Notes: generated from the sequence alone by a model not told the origin. A DNA stretch of 28,399 bases from Candidatus Hydrogenedentota bacterium (GCA_029974275.1 JARKSN010000284.1:1-28399), one strand, 5' to 3'. Numbered from the stretch's first letter, positions 18,701 to 27,052 are shown. Numbers and translations: made by a program.

Positions 18701-18929
18701 CGTACTTGGCCAGAACATCGGCGTTGTCAGGCCGCTGCTTGAGATAGAGCGCGTATGTGCGCCGGGCCAGCAGCCAATTCTCCTGTTGATAGAGCGCTTC
18801 GGCCTTCGCGAGATATTCCTGCTGCTTTTGGCTTCGATACAGGTCGATGCCCAGCACCGCCGCGCCTGCCCCAATGCCCAAAACGGCCAGCGCCGCCGCG
18901 ACAAGCCATAGCCATTTTTTTCTGGTCAT
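15723..18929 (-). CDS. Large TPR-repeat protein (1068 aa) with N-terminal membrane anchor
   Basis: GAGGA RBS. MTRKKWLW followed by a long hydrophobic stretch, then continuous TPR-like helical repeats (L...PD/PE..A...LA). Confidence 0.82.
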   Translation of the reverse strand: MTRKKWLWLVAAALAVLGIGAGAAVLGIDLYRSQKQQEYLAKAEALYQQENWLLARRTYALYLKQRPDNADVLAKYAEACLRLFEGREEALGEAARAYILLTQLRPDDIAAQEKLLDIQTKLGAWGDVEYYAHAFLGRRPDDPALQNIRARALMRLGRREEATEALRTLVDAGTAEPRSYLDLALLLRERQLDSQARAVLETALRQHPESASIRAQRAQYAIAARDMAMAETEVTEGLRLEPSNPDALLAAMRFEMARGAWDKAQELGEKIIQLAPERSETYIPLAETYSRQGSIAKAIDFLSALSPEISVDSPAILVALTDLQLSCGQIDAARATNQKLLKAHPANVLLQDYFRGRMLLLEGKPQEAASILETVVVRDPSFAPSHVYLALANLDLRRPDQARIILETYLRNTPNDENARALLQRIARPPRTAEEFAQEAQTLQRNELATSRMLIAAAKSLYEVARNENAVPAYLPTMQTTIEKAIAMDPKSAQGYLALQDLATATDDLEGAAAALDRAAAAGIAEDVLRMPRAGLALARGDVEAAHGLCKADIAREDVTARELIDWASFFAEANHPEIAMETLGSGKPGFSAEDQRAIAAARVKTVARQGKPEEARALLETLGAGGAPEVTEARVAVAQAFLKTGAPEAHARAQEALDAALKEDPENLAAQALAAQLLMTMTPPDPAGARERFQRVYDKDPANLTALLGLARLALNARDFVKGGDLADRAIALAPHSLPARLYAAEAALGQKRHSEAQRMLEALLVENPQELAALELLMTVCLETGQKARAQDLFGQIKRVAGDDPAKAKSLAYMEGRILMEQGDSAQAEKTLREQAAAHPDDATVAGNLAAMLAKTGRAAEGEDVLNRFAATHAGMLDSWLTLADFLLAQNHADALPKASTALTRAMLIDPASSSITEKMMEVQTRMGNAAEAEALCERFLKRRPEDAGMLYRKAMLMAQRGMDMAGALQTIERAIRLDPKAAYVTLRGLIFVALKQYDKGVRDLQPVAQLDSGPAHVDAAMAEAYFELGDRDAANRYYASASAKAQAGQPVDPQYLKRIGAMLGK

Positions 18930-18971
18930 TTTCTTCCTCGTTTCAACCGCGCCCGAAACGTATCCCGCGCG

Positions 18972-19805
18972 CTACCGCGCCGGCGTGGTCGGCGCGCGGC
19001 AAAGGCCCAGCCTGCACAACGCCTCGCGCGCCAGCAACGCCACAAAATAACTGTCGTCCACAAAATAACGGCGTCCGAGCCGCATCGGTTCCTGCATCAC
19101 GCGCCACGTCCATTCCAAACCGGAGCGCTGCATCCAGACCGGAGCCCGCCGCACCCGGCCCGCCGCGAAATCAAGCGCCGCGCCCACGCCCAACAGCACC
19201 CGGGCGCCGCTTTCGCGGTGGTGACGGTGCAGCCATATCTCTTGCCGCGGCGATCCCAGCGCCAAAAAACAAATGTCCGGCGCGGCATCGCGAAGACGCT
19301 TCAAGACGTCCTGCAACGTCGCGGGATCATCCTCGAACCGGAGAGGCGGACTGTACGCGCCCGCCACGCGCAAGCCCGGATTCGTCTGTTGCAAAAGGCG
19401 CGCGGCTTCATCGGCAACGCCGGGCGCTGCGCCCAGCAGATAAATGGAATATCCTCGTTCGGCGGCATAGGCGCTGAGCAGCGGCAGCAAATCCGATCCG
19501 CTGAGTTTTTCCCGCAACGGCTTGCCAAACAGCGCCGCCGCCCACAACAGGGGCATCCCGTCGGCCAAGACCAAAAAGGCGTTGTCGTACGCGGCGCGAA
19601 ACGCGGCGTCCTTGTGGTAGCGGCATACGTGATCGACGTTGGGCGTGACGATGTATCCCGGCTCGCCCGAAGCGATGCGCGCGGATACCTGCGCGCACAC
19701 CCCGGCGAAATCCAGATTGGAAATCCGCATCGACAGCACGTCGGTCTGCTCGATGGGAAGCAATCCGTCCGGGGGCGTCTCGCGCTGATCGGTGGCGCCG
19801 GTCAC
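18972..19805 (-). CDS. WecB/TagA/CpsF family glycosyltransferase (GT26)
   Basis: GTG at 19805 overlaps the upstream TGA (GTGA) and has an AGGAG RBS. Motifs IVTPNVDH, ADGMP, GSDL, LGSPRQE, GVGAALDF and RAPVWMQRSGLEW...QEP.RL.RRY. Confidence 0.93.
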   Translation of the reverse strand: MTGATDQRETPPDGLLPIEQTDVLSMRISNLDFAGVCAQVSARIASGEPGYIVTPNVDHVCRYHKDAAFRAAYDNAFLVLADGMPLLWAAALFGKPLREKLSGSDLLPLLSAYAAERGYSIYLLGAAPGVADEAARLLQQTNPGLRVAGAYSPPLRFEDDPATLQDVLKRLRDAAPDICFLALGSPRQEIWLHRHHRESGARVLLGVGAALDFAAGRVRRAPVWMQRSGLEWTWRVMQEPMRLGRRYFVDDSYFVALLAREALCRLGLCRAPTTPAR

Positions 19806-20419
19806 GGTGTGCGTTCTCCTACGGGGCGCGCGGGCGTCCCCACCGCAATGGTCTTCGCGGGGATGTCTTTGGTGACCACGCTGTTGGCCCCAATAACGGC
19901 CCCGGATCCGATGCGGGCGCCTTTGAGAACGCAGACCCCGCGTCCTATCCATACGTCATCGCCGATGTGAATGGGCGCGGCCGTATGCGGCTGGAACCGC
20001 ATGGGCCCCGCGTCCAGCCGCATGCCGTGGGCGGCGTCCCGGATGCTGGCGAATTCCCCCATCATGACATGATCGCCCATCGCCACTTCGTCGTAGGCGG
20101 TAATGACCGTATGGTCGTTGATGGTGCAGTTGCGCCCAATGACGATTTGGCCTTCTCCTTGGGTCTCCAAAAAACAGCGGCGGCCGATGCGCGTGCCGGA
20201 TCCAATGTGGATGTTCCCCGTGCCCTCGACCGTTATCCATCCGATGAATTGGACGCCCGCTTCGACCCGTCCGCGCAACCGGCTGCGGGCCCACGCCTCG
20301 TACACGAACCGCGCCGCCCTCAGCCGGATCGGCTCGACGGCGCGCATCGCCACGCCCACGCCCTGGGCCAATCGGGATCGCATCCGAACCAGTCGTTGCG
20401 GCAGACGCACGCGGCTCAC
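19802..20419 (-). CDS. Hexapeptide-repeat (left-handed beta-helix) O-acyltransferase, WcaF/LacA/maltose-acetyltransferase-like
   Basis: Repeats IHIGSGTRIG, IVIGRNCTIN and IHIGDDVWIG..VCVLKGARIGSGAVIGANSVVTKDIP....VGTPARP. Start is uncertain (GTG 20419 or ATG 20383). Confidence 0.88.
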   Translation of the reverse strand: MSRVRLPQRLVRMRSRLAQGVGVAMRAVEPIRLRAARFVYEAWARSRLRGRVEAGVQFIGWITVEGTGNIHIGSGTRIGRRCFLETQGEGQIVIGRNCTINDHTVITAYDEVAMGDHVMMGEFASIRDAAHGMRLDAGPMRFQPHTAAPIHIGDDVWIGRGVCVLKGARIGSGAVIGANSVVTKDIPAKTIAVGTPARPVGERTP

Positions 20420-20471
20420 CTTGCCGCGCGGCGTGCGCGTGCCGCGGCTCTGACGCCAGGCGTCGCGGACA

Positions 20472-22802
20472 TCAGGCGCCGGCGTCCTTCGTTTTGTTCT
20501 CGTCGTTCTCGTCCAGCAGCATGATGACGGGAGGATCGTCTTCCGCATCGGCGACGGCTTCCATCGGGACTGCCTGTCGACGCGGCGCCGCGGCAAACGC
20601 CTTTTCGCTGTCCGAATAGGCATAGTACAGGTCGCGATTTTCCTTGAGATATCCGCCGCGCGTCGGCAGCACCCCATTCAACACGATGCCCACGATGTTC
20701 GCGCCCACTTGTTGCAGTTCCACGAGACACCGGCGCAGCATGCCAAGATTCGACGTTTCGACGCCGGCCACCACCACCAAGCCGTCCACGACCGGAGCCA
20801 GCAGTTTGGCGTCGGCCATGAGTAGACTTGGCGGCGTGTCGATAATCACGTGTTCAAAGGCCTGCTCGGCGCGTTCGAGGAAATCGACCATCTCGCGCGA
20901 AGCCAACTTGCCGATCAGTTCCTGCGCGTGATGGCCCGGACCCAGCGTCATGAGGTTGGGATGCGTCGCGGGGCGCATGAACTCCGCCCCGAGAGCGCCG
21001 TCGCAGAGAATTTCGCTCAACCCTGCGGCGGGCTCCAGCCCCAAGGCGATCTCGACGGCCGGCGCGCGTGACGCGATGTCGAGCAACAGCACGCGCCGGT
21101 TCGCTTCGGCCAGCGCGATGGCCAGGTTGCACGCCACCGAGGTTTTGCCGTCGCCGCGCGACGGACTCACCACCAGGCACGTGTTCAATTCCGCCGATCC
21201 TTCCGGCGGATAGATGATGCGCGTGATGACGCGCCGGTATTCGTCGGCGATCGTCGATCCCGGATAGTCCACCGTCAACAGCGGCCCATGCGCCGGAACG
21301 GGCATCTGGTCCACGCTGGCATGGGGCACGGCCGCCAACACCGGCAAATGGGTGACCGAAGCGACGTCCTGCGCCGTACGCAGTTTCTGATCCGTCAACT
21401 CCCGCCACACGCCGCCGCAAAAGCCCAGCCCCAGCCCGCCCACCAGTGCCAGCGCCATGAACTGCAAGCGCTTGTCGCTCTTGGGTTCAACGTCCGCGCT
21501 CACCTCCGACGGCACCTGAAAACCGGCCGGCGCATTGCTTTCCACGTCGATTTGATAGCTCTGGTCTTCGGCTTGCTTCAGCTTGCCCTGCGTGTCCGCG
21601 ATATTCTGCTTAAGCTCCTCGATCATCATCTCGCGCTTCTTGGCTTCGATGAGTTGATCGCGGTTGTCGTCGATGTATTTCTGGAATTCGGTCTCGCGCC
21701 GCTTGGCGTCTTCGACGGACCGTTGCGCTTGGGCCGCGGCCTGCCGGACCGTCTCCATGACGGATTCCAGCGCTTCGGCGCGCGCTTCGCGCATCACCTT
21801 GTTCGCCTGATTCGTCAAGGATTCGCGCGAGTCCGTCAGCACTTTCAACTGAGGAGCGTCGGGCTGATAGCGGTCCTTCGAGACGGCGATCTCCTGTTCG
21901 ACTTTGGCCAGTTCGCCCCGGACAATGCCCACCACGGAACTTGAGAGAACCTTGTCTTCGATATTGAGCCCGTACAGCGGGGCGTCCGGGTTCTTCTTGA
22001 ACTGGGCCTGGAGTTCCTCGGCCAGCCGGAGGATTTCCTCGTATCCGCGCAATTGGGTCTCGGCCGTGCTGCGTTCCGCCTTGGCTTTCGTGAGATTTTC
22101 GTGGTACGACTGCATCTCGCTGATGTGCGCGTCCGACTTGGAGCCAAAGGGGATGCCCGCTTCCTTGTACAGCGCGCTCAGCCGTTCCCGCTGCAGGTTG
22201 AGTTCGGCCTCGCGATCGCTGCGCAGTTTTTGCAACTGCGCGAACCGTTCCGAATCGCTGGTGCGGGCGCGGCCCGTGGCAAACTTCGTGTACTGGTCCA
22301 CGATATTCTTCACGACCGTGATCGCGGCCTCGCGATCCTTGGCGCGGCAGGAGACCGTCACCAGTTCCGTGCCTCGTTGAATGCGCGCGCCGACCTTGCG
22401 TTGCAAGAATTCCAACTTGTCCGGTTCCGCCTTCAGCCACGCCAAGGCCTGCACTTCGGGCTCGTTCAGCACGCGCGTCAAAATCGAATTGTCGATGATC
22501 AAGTTCACTTGCGTGTTGATGTATTTCTCGTAATTGGCCGAAAGTTGCCGCTGGCCTTCGTTGCCCAGGATCGTCGGCGTCTTGGCGAAAAACTGTATGG
22601 TCTGCGTGGCCTCATACTCCGGCGGCGTGGCCAGATACGCCGCGATCATGCCGGGAACCGCAACGGCCACGAAAAGGCCCGCCATCAACGGAAGCCGCAG
22701 CCGAAACAGGCGGCCAAAGTTGAGATGCCGCTCTTCCCGGGCCGCACCGGATCGCTCTTCCGGAAGGAAGGTGGCGAGATCGGTCGAGTACTCTGTGGAC
22801 AT
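20472..22802 (-). CDS. wzc: Polysaccharide co-polymerase / BY-kinase-domain fusion (Wzc/GumC-like)
   Basis: Two TM helices flank a long periplasmic coiled coil. The cytoplasmic domain has Walker A SPSRGDGKT, Walker B IIDTPP, GIVLN and a C-terminal Tyr cluster (GYLKENRDLYYAY). Confidence 0.9.
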   Translation of the reverse strand: MSTEYSTDLATFLPEERSGAAREERHLNFGRLFRLRLPLMAGLFVAVAVPGMIAAYLATPPEYEATQTIQFFAKTPTILGNEGQRQLSANYEKYINTQVNLIIDNSILTRVLNEPEVQALAWLKAEPDKLEFLQRKVGARIQRGTELVTVSCRAKDREAAITVVKNIVDQYTKFATGRARTSDSERFAQLQKLRSDREAELNLQRERLSALYKEAGIPFGSKSDAHISEMQSYHENLTKAKAERSTAETQLRGYEEILRLAEELQAQFKKNPDAPLYGLNIEDKVLSSSVVGIVRGELAKVEQEIAVSKDRYQPDAPQLKVLTDSRESLTNQANKVMREARAEALESVMETVRQAAAQAQRSVEDAKRRETEFQKYIDDNRDQLIEAKKREMMIEELKQNIADTQGKLKQAEDQSYQIDVESNAPAGFQVPSEVSADVEPKSDKRLQFMALALVGGLGLGFCGGVWRELTDQKLRTAQDVASVTHLPVLAAVPHASVDQMPVPAHGPLLTVDYPGSTIADEYRRVITRIIYPPEGSAELNTCLVVSPSRGDGKTSVACNLAIALAEANRRVLLLDIASRAPAVEIALGLEPAAGLSEILCDGALGAEFMRPATHPNLMTLGPGHHAQELIGKLASREMVDFLERAEQAFEHVIIDTPPSLLMADAKLLAPVVDGLVVVAGVETSNLGMLRRCLVELQQVGANIVGIVLNGVLPTRGGYLKENRDLYYAYSDSEKAFAAAPRRQAVPMEAVADAEDDPPVIMLLDENDENKTKDAGA

Positions 22803-22810
22803 AGGCGCTC

Positions 22811-24028
22811 CTATGGAGTTGTGGGAAGGGTCGATAGGGTCCCCAGCAGCGAGCCGAACGAACGCAGATTCTCGAGGGTCGTCAAGGTGGCGTTCGTCGT
22901 TCCCGATCCGGAGAAGAGCCGCTCGTACCGGTCGCGGACGTAATACGTGTCGTACGCTTGGTTGTACAAGCTCAAGATCGGCGACACCGTGCCGGTGAAG
23001 CGGGTGACGATTTCCTGCAATCGGACCGCGCGCTTGCGAGGCACATAGACGATGTCGCCCGGCTTGAGCGGCATGTCCTTGCCGCCGTGGAGTATCTGAC
23101 GCACGTCGACCCGCTGCACGTCGGTGCGCTCGGGATCGATGGGGCGTATCAGAACCACATGCTTGATCCGCGCCGTCGGGAAGTTCGGTCCGCCGGCCTG
23201 CGTCAACAACTGCAGCAGCGTCATGCCCTCAGTCAACTGAAACACGTCGGAGCGGCGAACCTCGCCGATGAGATACACCAGGTTGACGCCTTCGGGCACG
23301 TAGACCACGTCGCCCGGCAGCACGGGCGTGTCGGCGGCGTGGGGCCCCGACTTCGCAAGCCCGCGCAGATCAAAGTCCATCACCTCGCGTTGATCGCCCT
23401 TGTGGCGAATGATCAAGGCCTTCGTGAGTTGCCCCTGGGCTCCCACGAACGAATCGCCCCCCCGCGTGGAAATGCGCAGACCGCCTGCGTCGTTGACGGC
23501 CTCGAGCACGGTGATCGGCCTGCGGTACGGATACGAACTCGGCCGGTTCACCTCGCCCATCACGTAATACAGCTTGCTGGCCGAATCGCGGACGGTGACG
23601 CTTACTTGGGGGTTTTTGAAGATGCCCGAATACGCCTTCGCCAGATCGGCGTTGACCTCGTCCCGGGTTTTGCCCGCGACGGCCACGTCGGGAATTTGCG
23701 GCAAGGAGATGCGTCCATCGTATCGGACGACGATCCCCTGCTGACTCAGCGTCGGATCGTCGAAAGAACGGAAATCGATCACGTCGCCCGCGCCCAGCCG
23801 GTAGTCGTCCACCGCGTCGTCATCCGCCGATCCCGCCGTTTCCTCGGATCCCGCTGCGACGTTTTCCTCCGCCGCATTCGGAAGCGGAAGAATCTCGCTG
23901 GTCTTCACCACAAGGCGGTCCGCATCGTCCAGCGCGACGGCCGCCGAGGCGCTTTTCGGCGCTGGATGCGTGGCGCACCCCGCCAGAGGAAGCATTGCCG
24001 CCGCCATGATCCACAGCCAACGCGCCAT
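22811..24028 (-). CDS. wza: Outer-membrane polysaccharide export lipoprotein (Wza/OPX; Poly_export plus SLBB domains)
   Basis: Lipobox LAGC. Poly_export motif YRLGAGDVI...VRYDGRISLP....V.VAGKT. SLBB repeats VMGEVNRP and LIGEVRR, L.PGD.VYVP twice, and a C-terminal amphipathic helix. Confidence 0.92.
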   Translation of the reverse strand: MARWLWIMAAAMLPLAGCATHPAPKSASAAVALDDADRLVVKTSEILPLPNAAEENVAAGSEETAGSADDDAVDDYRLGAGDVIDFRSFDDPTLSQQGIVVRYDGRISLPQIPDVAVAGKTRDEVNADLAKAYSGIFKNPQVSVTVRDSASKLYYVMGEVNRPSSYPYRRPITVLEAVNDAGGLRISTRGGDSFVGAQGQLTKALIIRHKGDQREVMDFDLRGLAKSGPHAADTPVLPGDVVYVPEGVNLVYLIGEVRRSDVFQLTEGMTLLQLLTQAGGPNFPTARIKHVVLIRPIDPERTDVQRVDVRQILHGGKDMPLKPGDIVYVPRKRAVRLQEIVTRFTGTVSPILSLYNQAYDTYYVRDRYERLFSGSGTTNATLTTLENLRSFGSLLGTLSTLPTTP

Positions 24029-24116
24029 GCGCGCGCGCTTTGACAAAGCGAGTTTACGAATCAAGCCGGTCCCCCTTCCCTGGCATGCTCGCGCCCCGAC
24101 CATGCCTTTATTGTCT

Positions 24117-25211
24117 CTACTCCGCCCGCTGATCTTGCCTGGTCTTGCCAATATTATACGCATCAATCCGGCGCAGAAGCGAACTGTAACTGATGTCCAG
24201 CATCGCCGCCGCCTTGCGACGGTTCCACAACGTCATGCGCAACGCCTCTTCGATGAGACTGCGTTCCGCCGCTTCCACCGCGTGCCGCACCGCCTCTTTC
24301 AACGACGGCAATCGCGGAGGCTGGGCGTCTCCTTTTTCGGCAACCTTTCCTGGCTCGTGAAGCGTCGGCGTCGCGCGCCGCGCGTCTTTGCCCGCCGCCG
24401 GCAGGCCCTGCCCCAGCGGCAAATCCTGCGCCTCTTCCAGCAACGTTTTGGGGTCGCGCGTGGCAACGAATTGCTTGACGCGCGCCGCCAATTCCCGAAC
24501 GTTTCCCGGCCATGGAAGATCGCACATGCGCCGCACGGTTTCGCCGTCCACCGGCTGGTAATCCTTGCCCAGCTTGGCGCTGAAATGATAATTGAAATGC
24601 TCCGTGAGCAGCGGAATATCCTCTGCCCGGCTCCGCAGCGACGGCATGCGAACGATCACATCGCTGAGCCGGTAAAACATATCCTCGCGCATCCGCCCCA
24701 AACGGACAATATCGTCCAGCGCGATATTCGTCGCCGCGACAATGCGCACATCCGTCTTTATCGGAGTGATGCCGCCAATCCGCATGAACGACTCCCCATC
24801 CAGAATTTGGAGGAGCTTTCCTTGTATAGCATACGAGGTTTCCGCAATTTCGTCAAGAAATATCGTGCCCCGGTTGGCCAATTCAAAGCGGCCCGGTTTC
24901 GACGATCGGGCGCCCGTGAACGCGCCCCGTTCGTACCCAAATAGCTCACTTTCCAGGATGCTTTCCGGAATCGCCGGACAATTCACCTTCACAAACGGCT
25001 TTCCGTACCGGGGCGAGAGCCGGTGCAGCATGCGCGCCGCGATATCTTTTCCGGTTCCGCTCTCGCCCGTGATCAGCACGGTAAGGTCGGAACGCGCCAA
25101 GCGTTGAACCAGTTCATTGGCTTCACGAATCGCCTTGCTGATTCCCAGAAGCCCTTCGTGCAGTGGCATCCGGATCAAAGCCGCTTGATCGGTCGTGGAC
25201 AACACGCTCAT
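24117..25211 (-). CDS. Sigma54-dependent enhancer-binding protein (AAA+ and Fis HTH) lacking an N-terminal sensor domain
   Basis: Walker A GESGTGKD, ESELFGYERGAFTGA, Walker B FLDEI, DVRIVAATN, REDMFYRL, WPGNVREL and HTH NRRKAAAMLDISY. Only about 20 residues precede the AAA+ domain. Confidence 0.93.
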   Translation of the reverse strand: MSVLSTTDQAALIRMPLHEGLLGISKAIREANELVQRLARSDLTVLITGESGTGKDIAARMLHRLSPRYGKPFVKVNCPAIPESILESELFGYERGAFTGARSSKPGRFELANRGTIFLDEIAETSYAIQGKLLQILDGESFMRIGGITPIKTDVRIVAATNIALDDIVRLGRMREDMFYRLSDVIVRMPSLRSRAEDIPLLTEHFNYHFSAKLGKDYQPVDGETVRRMCDLPWPGNVRELAARVKQFVATRDPKTLLEEAQDLPLGQGLPAAGKDARRATPTLHEPGKVAEKGDAQPPRLPSLKEAVRHAVEAAERSLIEEALRMTLWNRRKAAAMLDISYSSLLRRIDAYNIGKTRQDQRAE

Positions 25212-25631
25212 GTCTCCCGCATCGGCGCTTATCCCCTGAAGCGCCTTTCCGAACGAATGGAATTCTTCCCCTCTTCAACAATCATATGGTATTACTCTAT
25301 TCATACCCTTCATGAAGTCCGGCTCCCTGACGCGTTGCGCAGATCCGCCCGCCACCCCTCCGCGCATATTCATCGTACGGCCCTACTAATATTAGCACAA
25401 ATCAACGTCGTGCGCCTATCTCGCGCAGGCGCCACAGTTTTTTTGATCGCTGTCACGGGAGATCGCGGAGGGAGGGGGTGGGGCGGCACAATTTTCCGCC
25501 CAGCGTTTTGCCTGTGGCGCTTCCTCGCAGACGCCACAGCGGCGAATGGGGCGCCGCACTACTTTCGTTGGGATCGCGGACGCGCGCCCCGTCTGCGTTT
25601 CCCCGGGAATCTGGCAAAAAACGCGTTGTGT

Positions 25632-26390
25632 CTATCGAGCAGGAAGCGGCTGCGAATCAGGCGATGGACCTGGGGGCGGGGCGGCGTCAAATCCGCGGCG
25701 TTGTTCTCTCAAGGCTCCCTGGTTCGGACCTGGGAATCCGTTCCGATCGGATGGAGGGCCCCATTGCCCCGGACGCGGCCCCGGCCCTTCCATGCCTTGC
25801 CCTTCTGATTCCGGCGCGCGCCGTCCGCGGAGTCCGGGCTGCGGACCCTGCATGCGGGCCCGCTGGATCATCTGTCGCAGACGCCCTTCGAAATCCTGTA
25901 ACGCCAGGTATAGTTTGGCGCGTTGCGCCGTGTTGAAGTCGCCCGCCATGCGATTGAAACTATCCAGCCTTGCCTGGTGCAGCGCCTGTTCTTTGGCCAT
26001 GAGTGCATCCAATTTCACCTGGATATCGGCTTCCGGCGCGTTTTTCCGGATGGATTCCCGAAGCGCCCGCATCGCTTCTTCCCGCTCCCGATGCAGCGTG
26101 CGCATGACTTCTCGGTCCTGTTTCATGCGGCGGACCAGCAACACCGTTTGCTCCTCGTCGAGACCCAATTCCTCCGAAACCTGAACGGCCCGAAGTTGAT
26201 CGATTATCTCGGCCATTTCGGCACGATCCTCGGGGGAGGGTTGCGTCTCCGGAGAGGGTCCCGGAGGGGAGCCGTGCATCGGTCCGGGGCGCGGCGCGGC
26301 GCCGTCCGTTTGCTGCCCGCATGCCGCCGTAGTCGCCAACAGCCCGCATGTCAATGCGGCCAACATCCACCAAAGCATATGCGGTTTCAT
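25632..26390 (-). CDS. Periplasmic Spy/CpxP/heavy-metal-sensor-like (LTxxQ-type) protein
   Basis: The ATG overlaps the upstream TGA (ATGA). Signal peptide, helical core with LGLDEEQ and FNTAQRAK (LTxxQ-like), and Pro/Gly-rich termini. Confidence 0.75.
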   Translation of the reverse strand: MKPHMLWWMLAALTCGLLATTAACGQQTDGAAPRPGPMHGSPPGPSPETQPSPEDRAEMAEIIDQLRAVQVSEELGLDEEQTVLLVRRMKQDREVMRTLHREREEAMRALRESIRKNAPEADIQVKLDALMAKEQALHQARLDSFNRMAGDFNTAQRAKLYLALQDFEGRLRQMIQRARMQGPQPGLRGRRAPESEGQGMEGPGPRPGQWGPPSDRNGFPGPNQGALREQRRGFDAAPPPGPSPDSQPLPAR

Positions 26391-27052
26391 GTTCTTTTCC
26401 TTTCTTGCATGCGCCCGGAAAGCAGTGCTTCCAAGACGTTGGACTCGCCCGGCGCAAGGGTCTGCACGAGTTCGTCTATGCTGGTTCCGTCGTCCACGAC
26501 GGCGGCGAATTCCTGAAACCAGCCCTGTCCCGCCAATCCCGCCAGCAAAGCGCCGTTTTCCGTCGCCGTGTCCATGCTGGAAACGGCGATCGCCCAGTCG
26601 TATTCCTCGGGAAGGGGCTCTCCCCAAGCCAATCGTCTCGCAAGATCTTTTTCCAGCGTGACGGGCGATATCGACGGCGACAAAACGTCGCCCGACGCCG
26701 GGCCGTGCGCCACAACGGGCTGGACAGGGCGCGGCCGTTGCCAGTGCCATACGAGGGCCGCTCCCACTGTTATCGCCGCCACAGCCGCCCAGGAGACGAT
26801 GGTCCGGACGTTGCGGGAGGGGAATGGGCGGATGGGCGAGGCTTCGCGCACATGATCCAGCACCCGCGCGGCAAAGTCCGGATGCGGATCAGGCGTCGGC
26901 AACGCACGCAACGCCAAGGACAAGGCGCGCAGTTCTCGGTGCCGTTGCGCGCACGCCGGACATTGCTCGAGATGATGCGCCACCGCTCTTCCATCCCGCG
27001 CTTCACCGTCGAGATACGCCGACAGCTCTTCTTTCACATCCCTGCAATTCAT
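26387..27052 (-). CDS. Zinc-binding (zf-HC2/ZAS) transmembrane anti-sigma factor
   Basis: MNC..V.EELSAYLDGE.....AVAHHLEQCPAC (HxxxCxxC) and one TM helix (IVSWAAVAAITVGAALVW). ATGA overlap with the sigma gene stop. Confidence 0.9.
   Translation of the reverse strand: MNCRDVKEELSAYLDGEARDGRAVAHHLEQCPACAQRHRELRALSLALRALPTPDPHPDFAARVLDHVREASPIRPFPSRNVRTIVSWAAVAAITVGAALVWHWQRPRPVQPVVAHGPASGDVLSPSISPVTLEKDLARRLAWGEPLPEEYDWAIAVSSMDTATENGALLAGLAGQGWFQEFAAVVDDGTSIDELVQTLAPGESNVLEALLSGRMQERKRT

Noticed and set aside
24029..24160. Sigma54 or sigma70 promoter upstream of wza (AGGCATGGTCGGGGC; TATAAT at 24153-24158)
   Set aside because: GG-N10-GC spacing is present but the TTGC -12 context is absent. 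The TATAAT lies in coding sequence without a credible -35.
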